This document shows positions 9,586 to 19,110 of a stretch of DNA of 64,000 bases, piece by piece. How positions within the stretch are numbered: position 1 is the first letter of the stretch; each line of letters starts with the position of its first letter. A model generated the notes under the pieces. That model was not told the origin of the DNA. It did no database searches and saw only the letters and a list, made by a program, of their open reading frames with translations. Position numbers and translations under genes: made by a program. Source of the stretch: Armatimonadota bacterium (GTDB taxonomy: Bacteria > Armatimonadota > SYMT01). The stretch spans positions 832,001 to 896,000 of the forward strand of contig JAWLHY010000003.1 of the NCBI GenBank assembly GCA_041690135.1, read 5' to 3'.

Positions 9586-10191
9586 TCAGGGTTCGTTGCG
9601 CTCGGGATCGCCGGAGCCGGCAGCCGGGTGCGGGGCGGCGGAAGAAAGGGGCGGAGCGTAGAAGGCAGCGGCCCACTGCTTCTGCACGCGCTTCTCCGGA
9701 TCTCCCCAGCGCTTGAGATCGTGCAGAAGCTGCGGCCAGGCGATGCCGACCTCTTTGGACGCGGCCAGGCGAACCAGTTGGCGGAGGCGGAAAGCCAACT
9801 CTCCGCCTCCGGGCTTCCGGCCTTCCACCAGATCGAACTGGGCATCGAGCAACACGTTGAAGCGTCGTTCCACCCCTTCGCGGTTGGCAAGGCTGCTCAG
9901 GATGGCGAGGGTGTGGCCCAGGTTCTTACCTCGCGCGGGGTGGCGGTTGTGGGGCATCAGCGTAGCGATGAGGAAGTGAATTTCCGCGTCTCTGCCGCGC
10001 TGGTTCTCTTCCAGCAGGCGGTAGAACCAGGAGACGCCGCGCGCCTCCGCTATCGTGCGTCCCGCGTTCCGGCCCAGGGCCGAACGGTAGGCGCGGTCGA
10101 GGTCGCGGACGCGCGCGACAAAGTCCTGGTCCGGATCGCGGTCCTCCACGGGGGGATGCGCCCGGGATTCCGTTGCCGTATCGGTGGTCAC
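9586..10191 (-). CDS. cse2: Cse2/CasB (Cas11) small subunit
   Basis: Lies between cse1 and cas7; NLGHTL, VERRFNVLLD, LRQLVRL, IAWPQLLHDLKRW, VQKQWAAAFY; start uncertain (10191 GTG or 10197 TTG). Confidence 0.9.
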   Translation of the reverse strand: MTTDTATESRAHPPVEDRDPDQDFVARVRDLDRAYRSALGRNAGRTIAEARGVSWFYRLLEENQRGRDAEIHFLIATLMPHNRHPARGKNLGHTLAILSSLANREGVERRFNVLLDAQFDLVEGRKPGGGELAFRLRQLVRLAASKEVGIAWPQLLHDLKRWGDPEKRVQKQWAAAFYAPPLSSAAPHPAAGSGDPERNEP

Positions 10192-10193
10192 TC

Positions 10194-11801
10194 TCAATCT
10201 CCCTTCTGCTGGACGGGACGGCCGGAGGCTTTCTTGCCTTTGCCGGAGGGGTTGGCGGGCTGGGGATGGAAAACGCCATACAGCCGACGCCGAAAGTGGG
10301 AACGCGCGAGGACCTGCCGGCGGAGTGCATCTCCGTCCGTGTCGAGCGGTCCCACGGCTGCTTCGAACGCAGCCTGGCTTTCTGCTTCCACCGCCTCCCG
10401 CCAGCGCTCCAGCAAGGGGGTTGCGGCACCAAGCTCGGCGCTCGGATCCAGCGCGGCCAACTCGCGTAACAGCCGATCATAATGCGGCCGCAGCGCCGAC
10501 CAGTAGCCGCTCTCGGCGCGGGCCGCCAACGCGCCAAAGGGGTCCCGGCTGCCTTTCCCGTCGCGGGGGTAAGCCTGGCGGATGGAGCTCCGCAAGGCGT
10601 AAGCCACGGCATCGGCCTGGTCGAGCGCCCGGTCGGCAAAGGTGTGGAAGCTGGTGTTCCAGAGGAGGCGGGTGGGAAGGTTGAGACGCTCCGCCCGCCA
10701 CTCGAACACCTTCATCTTCATGTCCGTCCGCATTCCATAGGCCTGGAGCTGGAGTTCCGGCTGCCGGCCCAACTCGCGGTCGGCGGCCAGGCCGGCAAAC
10801 TGATCCATCACTCGCGGCCGGGCAAAGCGCACCGGGTGCTCGGAGCCGTGGTGCTGCCGCTGACACACCAGCGCGAGTGGACCCGTATCTCGCCAGAGCT
10901 CGCGACCTTCGCGTAACCGGAGCGGCGTGGGGCCTTTCTCCGTAATGCGGTACGGCACGTTGGGATCGTCCCACCAATCGAAGCCGGCGCCGTCTCCCGC
11001 GGAGAAGAGCATCCGGCTAACCCGCATTTCCGTGGGACGGCCGGTGAGGGCACATTCCCCCGGCCCTTCCGGCAGCAAACGCACCCGCCGGGGCCGCCAG
11101 GTCAGGGCTTCCAGCAGATCCGCACTCTCTCGACGCTCGCCACCCGGATCGCGGTCGCTGCGCCACGCGGGCACACCGAGGGCCCGGACGTGCGGCTGCG
11201 GCAGCACACAAGCGTTGAGCAGGAGCGTTTGGAGCAGGGTATTGCCGCGCACCAACACGTACCACGGCGGCGCGCCATTGATGGACGGAGAGAGGCCTGC
11301 ACCGCCGGCGGTCATAAATGGCGCCAGGGTAGTCAAAAGGCGAGCTGCTACCGCCGCATCCACGCCGAACTCGGTCTCCCGGCGGCGATGAAAGTGGAAG
11401 GCGTTCGTTCCGGAAGGAAGCGAGGGAAGCAGCGCTGCCAGCGGCTTCGGCTTCTCGCCGGCCATATCGGGCGTTTGCAGAAACGGGCGCCCCGGGTGGA
11501 AGAGATCAAAGCGATCGCCCCACCGCTCGAAGTAGGCGTCGACCTTCGCCGCATCGAGGCTTCCCGCCTGCAAAAGCTCGCCCAGATCTAACGTATCTTC
11601 CGGCCGAAAGATGTCGAGAACCAGAGCGATGAGCAGGCGGTAGAGGCCGAACTCGGAAAGCGGAAGGGGGTCCCGGATCTCGCGGAGCCGGTGAGCCTGA
11701 AGAAGCACCTCCCGCAGCCCCAGCAAGTCCGGCTTTCGTTCCGGATCGTCCCACACCACCGGGATCCACTTCCGGGATCGCAGATCAAACGTGGGCGTCA
11801 T
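10194..11801 (-). CDS. cse1: Cse1/CasA (Cas8e) large subunit
   Basis: FDL...WIPV, LGLREVL..AH, RLLIAL, RFDLFHP..PFLQ, GNTLLQTLLLN, LTWRPRRVRL, DPN, LWRD. Confidence 0.95.
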   Translation of the reverse strand: MTPTFDLRSRKWIPVVWDDPERKPDLLGLREVLLQAHRLREIRDPLPLSEFGLYRLLIALVLDIFRPEDTLDLGELLQAGSLDAAKVDAYFERWGDRFDLFHPGRPFLQTPDMAGEKPKPLAALLPSLPSGTNAFHFHRRRETEFGVDAAVAARLLTTLAPFMTAGGAGLSPSINGAPPWYVLVRGNTLLQTLLLNACVLPQPHVRALGVPAWRSDRDPGGERRESADLLEALTWRPRRVRLLPEGPGECALTGRPTEMRVSRMLFSAGDGAGFDWWDDPNVPYRITEKGPTPLRLREGRELWRDTGPLALVCQRQHHGSEHPVRFARPRVMDQFAGLAADRELGRQPELQLQAYGMRTDMKMKVFEWRAERLNLPTRLLWNTSFHTFADRALDQADAVAYALRSSIRQAYPRDGKGSRDPFGALAARAESGYWSALRPHYDRLLRELAALDPSAELGAATPLLERWREAVEAESQAAFEAAVGPLDTDGDALRRQVLARSHFRRRLYGVFHPQPANPSGKGKKASGRPVQQKGD

Positions 11802-14454
11802 CGTATGTTTCCTTCTTTTCAACCAGGCGCACAACACCCAGCTCCGGATCGTCGCGCAAGATCACGGAACGTCCCTGGGCGTCCCGGCCCCGCCACTCCC
11901 GACCGTGCATCCGCACGCTCTGGTGGTGGCGCAGCCAGGCAGGTGAGGCTTCGAGCGGGGGAAAGGGCACTTCCGCCGTGAGATCGCGCAACCACCAGGC
12001 GGGGACCTTCACCTGGCGGCGGAGCAGCCCGCGGAGGTCGGAACGCTTCGGAGCTGTTTCACTCTCCAGCAGCGCCAGGTGGGCGGGGTCCTCCAGGAGC
12101 AAGAGTTGCAGGGTGGGATCGCCCAGCCGCGTTTGCGCGTGGAAATAGCCGGTGGGGCCGCCTTCTTCCCCTTCCCACACCGCTTCCACCATCTCCGCGA
12201 GCACGAAAGTCTTCGCCCGTGGGGCGGCAACCAGGTGCGTGCATGCCTCGGCCGCCGCTTTGCGCCCCAACTCCCGCCGAATCTCGGCGGCTTCCTGCAG
12301 ATCCGGCTCCGATACCACGCCGGCAGGAACCGGCGCGCCATCGTAGCAGGCCGAGATGAGAGGGCGAAAATCCTGCGGCAGACGGAATTCGGAAAGGCCG
12401 GCGAGTAAGGCGTGGGTGCGCAGAAGCGGCTCCTGTGCCTGATAGACGTAAGCGGTGGGCCCAAACTCCAGGGTGCTGTCTTCGGGAAGGAGAACGTGGA
12501 GGACGGCTTCGAGGCCGGTGGGGCGTACGCCGCGCTCGTGCCGGTGGAGACGGCCACATCGCTGCAGCAGCAGGTCTACCGGCGCAATCTGGCTGATGAA
12601 CACGTCGAAGTCCACATCCAGACTCTGTTCGACAACCTGGGTGGCCACCAGGACCGCGCGTGCCGGCCGGGGTGGTCTCCCGTCTTTCCCGGCGTCTTTC
12701 CCAAACAGCCCCACGACCTGGTCTTCCCGATCCTGCCGGTCTCCGGCGGTAAACCGCGCGTGGAACAGAAAGAGGTCGGTATCGGCCAATTGCGGTTCCT
12801 GGCGGACAAGATCCTGGAGCGCGCGGAAGATGGCCTGCGCCTGCCCTACCGTATTGGCAAGCACGCAAGCACACCCGCCGTCCTCAACCGCCTTCAGCGC
12901 CAGGTGCGCGGTGCCCACCGCATCCAGAAGCAGGCCGGGATGCCGCTTCACCAGGATGCGGCGGTCTCGCTCCGGGTCGGCCGGCACCGGTACCGTGCGC
13001 GGGGAGCCGTGCAGGGGGACGTGAGTGAGTAAGGGATAAGCTGCTAGGGGCTCGACTGGCAGCTCCGCACCGTACGCCTGTGCGAGCCGCTGGCGCTGCC
13101 CGGCAGACAGGGTGGCGGAAAGCAGGATGACCGGAACGCCCAGGCAGCGGCACCAGTGCAGGAGACGCTCCAGCAAGACGGTCATGTACTCGTCGTAGGC
13201 ATGGACCTCATCCACGATCAGCACCTTCCGTGACAGCCCCAGCAGCCGCAGGAAGCCATGCTTCACATTGAGCACCGCCATGAGCGCCTGATCGATGGTG
13301 CCCACCCCTTCCGGCGCCAGCAAAGCGCGCTTGGTGTTGCGGAACCAATCCAGCGACAGAGAGCGCTCGCTGGTCCACCCCCTTGCGCCGGCTTCGTCGT
13401 AGGTCTGTGCAGGGGTTGAAGGCGTGACGGCGTCCACCAGCCAGGCCATGCCGTGCACCAGGCGGGGAGCCGGCATTTCCGGCCAGCGCTGCTGGAGAAA
13501 CGTGCTGTAACGGGCATGGATCTGATTGCTGGTGGCGGCGGTGGGGAGTGCCAGGTAAGCGCCCCCGAGGGCCTGCTCCTGTCGCCGCCATTCTTCCGCG
13601 ACGTAGACGGCTCCCTCGGTCTTCCCTTCACCCATGGGCGCTTCCAGGATGAGCAGGCCGGGCGTCAAGCGTCCGGCGCGCGCTTCCGCTTCCAGAGCCC
13701 GCTGCGACGGCCGGAGCCGGGTGCACTCCGGCCAAACGTGTGAGAAGGGGAAGGGCTCTTCGGCGGGATTCACTCCGAGAGGTGCGAGCCCCAAAGAAGC
13801 GACGGCACGCTGCGCTTCCCTGCGAGCTGCCGCAAAATACTCGTGAGGTGAAAGCGAGCGAGCGAGGGAAGGATAGGCATAGAGCTCGTGATTCGAGGCA
13901 ATCCAGTCCGAAAGCACGATCAGCCCGGACAGCCGGAGGCCGGCTACACTGGCATCCGGAAACTGCTCCAGGACAAACGGCTCCAGGGCCAACACGTCCG
14001 CGACCATGGCGGCCATTGCCCGGCGTACGGCCTGCCACTCCTCTTGCCTGGGTCCCGTGTCCGGCAGGGGGGTAGGAGCGAAGTTCCCGTGGTGCCCACT
14101 CACCGCCTGACGGATCACCCTGGCAGCTCGGGTGCCCCACCCGCGGTCGTCCCGCAGATGCGTGAACAACCAGTCCGCGGACCGCTCTTCATGCCGGAAG
14201 GGCTGCGCATCGGTGGGGATGTCGAAACCCTGGTCCCGGAGGGATACGGCAAGCGCCTCATCCTTGTTCTGAAAGTACCGGTCGGCCTTGCCGAGATCGT
14301 GCAGCGCCGCAACCCACAAGAGCCACGACACCGGAAGAGGCGAAACTCCCCCAAACCGCGGAACCAGCGCCTCGCAAACCGCCGCCACGTCCAGCAGGTG
14401 GCACCACAGCGGGTGGTACGGATCCGATTTCGCCCAGAGCTGACGCCAGTCCAT
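11785..14454 (-). CDS. cas3: Cas3 HD-nuclease/helicase
   Basis: LWAKS..HLLDV, HDLGK, GHHG, SDWIAS, APMGEGKT, DEVH, LSAT, QRCGRLHRH; start at MDWRQ preceded by a GGAG RBS. Confidence 0.98.
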   Translation of the reverse strand: MDWRQLWAKSDPYHPLWCHLLDVAAVCEALVPRFGGVSPLPVSWLLWVAALHDLGKADRYFQNKDEALAVSLRDQGFDIPTDAQPFRHEERSADWLFTHLRDDRGWGTRAARVIRQAVSGHHGNFAPTPLPDTGPRQEEWQAVRRAMAAMVADVLALEPFVLEQFPDASVAGLRLSGLIVLSDWIASNHELYAYPSLARSLSPHEYFAAARREAQRAVASLGLAPLGVNPAEEPFPFSHVWPECTRLRPSQRALEAEARAGRLTPGLLILEAPMGEGKTEGAVYVAEEWRRQEQALGGAYLALPTAATSNQIHARYSTFLQQRWPEMPAPRLVHGMAWLVDAVTPSTPAQTYDEAGARGWTSERSLSLDWFRNTKRALLAPEGVGTIDQALMAVLNVKHGFLRLLGLSRKVLIVDEVHAYDEYMTVLLERLLHWCRCLGVPVILLSATLSAGQRQRLAQAYGAELPVEPLAAYPLLTHVPLHGSPRTVPVPADPERDRRILVKRHPGLLLDAVGTAHLALKAVEDGGCACVLANTVGQAQAIFRALQDLVRQEPQLADTDLFLFHARFTAGDRQDREDQVVGLFGKDAGKDGRPPRPARAVLVATQVVEQSLDVDFDVFISQIAPVDLLLQRCGRLHRHERGVRPTGLEAVLHVLLPEDSTLEFGPTAYVYQAQEPLLRTHALLAGLSEFRLPQDFRPLISACYDGAPVPAGVVSEPDLQEAAEIRRELGRKAAAEACTHLVAAPRAKTFVLAEMVEAVWEGEEGGPTGYFHAQTRLGDPTLQLLLLEDPAHLALLESETAPKRSDLRGLLRRQVKVPAWWLRDLTAEVPFPPLEASPAWLRHHQSVRMHGREWRGRDAQGRSVILRDDPELGVVRLVEKKETYDDAHV

Positions 14455-14517
14455 TTCTACTCCCGGAACCCCGCCTACTCGATCAGTGATTGATACTCGA
14501 AAATCCGTTTGCATCCC

Positions 14518-14551
14518 ATATAGCATACATTGCGCGCCATTGCCAGCAATG
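14518..14551 (-). promoter_or_regulatory. Putative cas3-operon promoter with CATTGC repeat/palindrome (candidate WYL operator)
   Basis: Minus strand TTGCTG-N16-TATGCT; CATTGC at 14528 and 14538, inverted GCAATG at 14546. Confidence 0.4.
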
Positions 14552-14749
14552 CCTGCAAGCACCCGCCAACTTTTTCGCGTTCTTCGCTCTTTCGCGTTTT
14601 CTCCGGCAGCCTCGGCTACGCCCCTCCGACCGGCCGTTCAGGATTCCGGATTGACCCCTTTTGCACCCATCAGCCCCGTCCGCGTTCTCCTGCAGTCTCT
14701 CCAGGATTCCAGACCGGTTCCATTCGCGACCATTCGCCCCATTCGCGGA

Positions 14750-15754
14750 TCAGGGGTCCCCATACCGCTCCGCGGCGCGGCGGTGCTCTTCGCGGACCCG
14801 TTCCCGCAGCGCCTCGGGGGCTTCCACCACCACGTGGCTCCCGTAGCCGAGGACCCAGCGGGTGAGGTCTCCCTCTCCGGCGACGGTGAGCCGCAGCCGG
14901 ACCTCGCCCCCCGGCAGCTCCTCCAACACCTGTGTGGGGTGCCACGTCCGCTCGTGGATCCAGCGGGCCTGGTAGGCGTCGAAGCGGAGGACCACCTCCT
15001 GCGGCGTGCTGCCGTGCTCCGTCCGGAAGGTGTGCTTCCGGTAAGTCTCGCGGGAAAGCTCCGGGCGCGGGCGGAACCCGGTGTCCAGGACCGTCCACTC
15101 GCGCACCCGGGAGAGCATGAACACGCGGTCGGCATCGCGCCACTCGTCCCAGGCCACGCACATCCAGTCGCCGGCGACATTGGTGAGGAAGTGGGGATGG
15201 ATCACCCGCTCCCCCAACTCGTCGCGACCCGCCGTGTAGTAGAGGATCCGCAGTTTCCGGTGCTCCCGGATCGCCCGGCGGAAGTCGGCCATCAGGGAAG
15301 CCGGCACCGCCACGCTGGTGGCCCCGGCGAACTCGTAGGTATCGGCCACGTCCTCCATGGCCACCTCCACCCCTTCCGGCAGGTGGCGCTGGAGCTTCTC
15401 GATGGCGGTCCGCAGCTCCGCCTCCAGGGGCGATCCCAGGTACTGGCGCGTGACCTCCCGGGCCAGGACCAGGGCCAGCAGCTCTCCCTCCCGGAAGAAG
15501 ACCGCGGGGAGGGCGTAAGTCGGCTCGGTGTAGACGTAGCCTTTCCGCCGGCGGTCGTACCGGATGGGCGCCTCCAGCGAGTCGCGGAGGTAGTCCAGGG
15601 TATCGAAGACGGTCCGCCGGGCGATCCCGAATGCTTCCTGGATGGCGCGGACGTTGGGGCTGCCGCCCTGCCGGATCTGGCGGTCGATCCAGACGACGCG
15701 GGCCCACATCCCGGCGGGGTCGCCGGGCTGACGTTGGGGGGTGCGAGGTTCCAT
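14750..15754 (-). CDS. HTH-WYL-WCX transcriptional regulator (YafY/PafB-like)
   Basis: N-terminal HTH (FGIARRTVFDTLDYLRD...IRYDRRRKGYVY), WYL domain (YYTAGR...RVIHPH...WMCVAWDEWR..RVFMLSRV), WCX end (WVLGYGSHVVVEAPEALR). Confidence 0.92.
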   Translation of the reverse strand: MEPRTPQRQPGDPAGMWARVVWIDRQIRQGGSPNVRAIQEAFGIARRTVFDTLDYLRDSLEAPIRYDRRRKGYVYTEPTYALPAVFFREGELLALVLAREVTRQYLGSPLEAELRTAIEKLQRHLPEGVEVAMEDVADTYEFAGATSVAVPASLMADFRRAIREHRKLRILYYTAGRDELGERVIHPHFLTNVAGDWMCVAWDEWRDADRVFMLSRVREWTVLDTGFRPRPELSRETYRKHTFRTEHGSTPQEVVLRFDAYQARWIHERTWHPTQVLEELPGGEVRLRLTVAGEGDLTRWVLGYGSHVVVEAPEALRERVREEHRRAAERYGDP

Positions 15755-16020
15755 TGAGGAAAGGATAGCGAAGGCAGGGTGCGGTGAGGGTGCACTCTGA
15801 AAAGTCTTCCGTGAGCGTGGCCGGGGAAGGGGATTGCCCGCGGAACACGCGAGCTTGCCCGTATGGGATGGACGCGGAAGGTGGACGGAAAAGGGATGGA
15901 AGGAATTGTTCCGAGACGAGCGAGGGTGGGCTTAATGACTTCTTAAGCACTGTGCTGCGTTTGGCTCACCCCATATGCGCGCGAATCTTGAATCCCTCAA
16001 TGCGGTGCTAACGGAGCTCA

Positions 16021-16894
16021 GTGATCGTTCACCCTGACTGCGCACGGCGTGGTGCGAACACAAAAGCTTGATCCGGTTTGGCCGTGTAACCTCATCCCCG
16101 CCACCCAGAGGGTGCCCCCCACCCAAAGGGTGCCCCCCACCCAAAGGGTGCCCGGTCCGACGCAGAGAGGGGCTATCGGTGTGTGCCCAATCCGGCGGTG
16201 CAATTTCCAGAGATGCCGTCGGCTACGACTGCCGACGTCCTGAACTTCCACCAAGCCTCAGCGCAACCGTGACCGTGGAGTCTGCGAAGACCAACACCAT
16301 TCCTCTACTGCGCGAGGGCTTCCCCCTTCTCTGCGTCGGAGAAGTTTACGCCCCGCGGGGGTGGGGGACCGAGGGGGATGAGGTTACTACGGGCGCCGCA
16401 GCCGTGGATGATAATGGACCAGCGCCTTGTAGAATCCAGGTGGAACGCTGGATGTCGTGTTCGGTCCACCCCCACGTGCGTGGGTACCCATTTCCGTGGC
16501 CGTTCACCTCGACGGCACACAACGGGGTGCGGATTACAAGGTCTCGGTCCGGTTTGGCCGTGGAATCTCACCCCAACCCCTCTCCGACGCAGAGAGGGGC
16601 TATCGGCTCGGACACAGTCCGGCGGTACACACACCGGAGATACCGTGAGCTACGACCGCCGAAGTTCTGATCGCCCATCGCTTCGCCCATTCGCGAGCGT
16701 GACCACGCCTCCTGCAAAAGACAAGATTCACTCCGTTCTGAACACGGGCTTCCCCCTTCTCTGTGTCGGAGAAGTTTACGCCCCGCGGGGGTGGGGGATT
16801 GAGGGGGATGAGGTTACCACGGCCACCGAAGCCATTAGCGGTGTCGCACTCCAAGCCTTCCCGACCCCTGGTAAACCGCTGGTTGTCGTGTCGG
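16021..16894 (-). repeat. Trailer extension of array 3: two homologous ~405-440 nt palindromic units separated by a degenerate repeat (16462-16489)
   Basis: Shared blocks TCCGGTTTGGCCGTG, TCCGACGCAGAGAGGGGCTATCGG and GGGCTTCCCCCTTCTCTG...GAGGGGGATGAGGTTAC in both units; internal inverted repeats. Confidence 0.85.
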
Positions 16895-18155
16895 CAGTCT
16901 ACCCCCACGTGCGTGGGGACAAGGGCCACGCCCGCTTCCACCTTCACCACGTAGATCGGTTCACCCCCACGTGCGTGGGGACAAGGGCCACGCCCGCTTC
17001 CACCTTCACCACGTAGATCGGTTCACCCCCACGTGCGTGGGGACAACGCGATCTCATCCATCGTCGCTTCAGCCACCAGCGGTTCACCCCCACGTGCGTG
17101 GGGACAACAGGACCGGAACATCCAGCGTGCGGGCCAATACCGGTTCATCCCCACGTGCGTGGGGACAAGCACGCTTCCCAGGCGGCCTTCCGTTCCTCAA
17201 CCGGTTCACCCCCACGTGCGTGGGGACAAGCTACTCGGATAGCAACGTGACGCTGGGCCGCTTCGGTTCACCCCCACGTGCGTGGGGACAAGTCAGGCGA
17301 TCCTCAGGTGGGAGCCGCGCTCCACGGTTCACCCCCACGTGCGTGGGGACAAGTCCGGAATCCCACTCTTCCGGCGCCCCATGGTCCGGTTCACCCCCAC
17401 GTGCGTGGGGACAAGCTGTGCGACCACCTGCGCACCGCCGTATTCATCGGTTCACCCCCACGTGCGTGGGGACAAGAGTGGGTCCAACAGGCTCGTCTCC
17501 GCGCTCACCGGTTCACCCCCACGTGCGTGGGGACAAGCTGGCGCTCACGCTGGAGGTATAGGACATCAACTGGTTCACCCCCACGTGCGTGGGGACAAGG
17601 CGTAGGAGAGGGGCTGGAAGCCCGGCCACGTCTTGCCGGTTCACCCCCACGTGCGTGGGGACAAGGCAAACCGCCCGCGAACCGCCGCCGCCGTCCGCGG
17701 TTCACCCCCACGTGCGTGGGGACAAGATGACGTTCCTCGCGACGATCCATCAGGGACTCGGTTCACCCCCACGTGCGTGGGGACAAGCCCCCTGCCCTGC
17801 GGTTCGGGGTCGGTGTGGTACGGTTCACCCCCACGTGCGTGGGGACAAGCCTGCGGCCTGCAGAGCTGTTTTGGGCAGATACGGTTCACCCCCACGTGCG
17901 TGGGGACAAGGCGATGGCCTCCCGTGGGGAGTTGCAAAACTCCGGTTCACCCCCACGTGCGTGGGGACAAGGAGATGAGATCCGTAGAGAATACCGTGAC
18001 CTACGGTTCACCCCCACGTGCGTGGGGACAAGTTCTCGCCGTTCAGCGCGTATCCGCTCGCGTCCGGTTCACCCCCACGTGCGTGGGGACAAGGGTACCG
18101 GGTTGTCTTCCCTTCCCCCCGCTTTACGGTTCACCCCCACGTGCGTGGGGACAAG
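16895..18155 (-). CRISPR. CRISPR array 3 (same repeat as array 1), 21 repeats / 20 spacers
   Basis: CGGTTCACCCCCACGTGCGTGGGGACAAG repeats from 16895 (degenerate) to 18127; leader AGCAAACTTAGCGTTTGC at 18156. Confidence 0.99.
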
Positions 18156-18488
18156 AGCAAACTTAGCGTTTGCAGGTTCCGGCGGGCGGAAGCGGCGGGA
18201 GAGTAGTCGAAATCTCCTTCGGCAGCGGCCAGCCCGGCACCTGCCGGGAGAAATAGTTGTCGTCCGCCCGCAGAACCAGGCCTTCCAGGAACTTGAATCC
18301 TACCGGAGCACCCGCGAACCGCCGCGCTCGGACCTTCTTCCCCTTCTTCTGTTCCCCTTCTTCCGTTCCCCTTCTTCCGCCCACCTCTTCCGCTGCCCTT
18401 CTAACGCCCCCCCTTCTTCCGTTCCCTTTTCCGCGCCTTTCCGCGTGTTCCGCGGGCAATAACCCGTCCCCCTCTTCCGCAGTCGTGT

Positions 18489-18950
18489 TCAGGAAACTGC
18501 CGGGGTCTCGGCGGTAGCCAGGCCGGTTGGGGGATGGGAGAGGAGAAAGTCCTCCACGGCGGCGACCAGGGCGGGCTTCTCGCGCTCCACGGCGTTGGTC
18601 ACCCACTCGCCCCAGCCGGACTCCCGCAGTTCGCGCACGAAGTCGTCGCGCAGCCAGGCCACGGCCCGGCGGGCGCAGTCTTCCCACTCGGCGGCGGTGA
18701 GGCGCTTCCCCATCTCCGCCAGGTCGGTGCGGATCTCCACCGGGACCTCTACCGCCTCGTTCATCCGGGGGGTCTGGGTGTGGTGGTGCGGCTCGATGGC
18801 GAAGCAGTCGATCCGGCCCAGGTCGAGCAGCACGCCGGAGCGGCCGTCCAGCACGAAGCGGCAGACCGGACCCCCGTTGGCGCCGCCGCGCTGCGCTCCC
18901 GTAAACAAGATCACCCGGCCGTACTGGCCCACCGGTTGTTCCCCAAACAT
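18489..18950 (-). CDS. Hypothetical protein (153 aa) upstream of the array 3 leader
   Basis: ATG with AAGGAG RBS, GC-rich third positions; no recognised domain. Confidence 0.7.
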   Translation of the reverse strand: MFGEQPVGQYGRVILFTGAQRGGANGGPVCRFVLDGRSGVLLDLGRIDCFAIEPHHHTQTPRMNEAVEVPVEIRTDLAEMGKRLTAAEWEDCARRAVAWLRDDFVRELRESGWGEWVTNAVEREKPALVAAVEDFLLSHPPTGLATAETPAVS

Positions 18951-19110
18951 GGTGCTCCTTTGCTTCCGTGTACGTCGTCTGGATTGCGTCACCTACCCAC
19001 GGGCAATGCCGGTGTGGCTGCAAGCTGCTTCCTCGTTTGACGAGCGATGTTACCCCTGATAGAATGCATCCGAACCCACCTGGCGGCCTGCTCGATCCCG
19101 GAGAATGTTC

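Noticed and set aside
1-18155. Self-targeting spacers within the window
   Set aside because: No full-length spacer match was noticed by eye; this was not an exhaustive search and needs BLAST.
18240-18320. FLEGLVL frame upstream of array 3 as a cas2 remnant
   Set aside because: Similarity to Cas2 DLEGLSL is only a few residues with no flanking homology.
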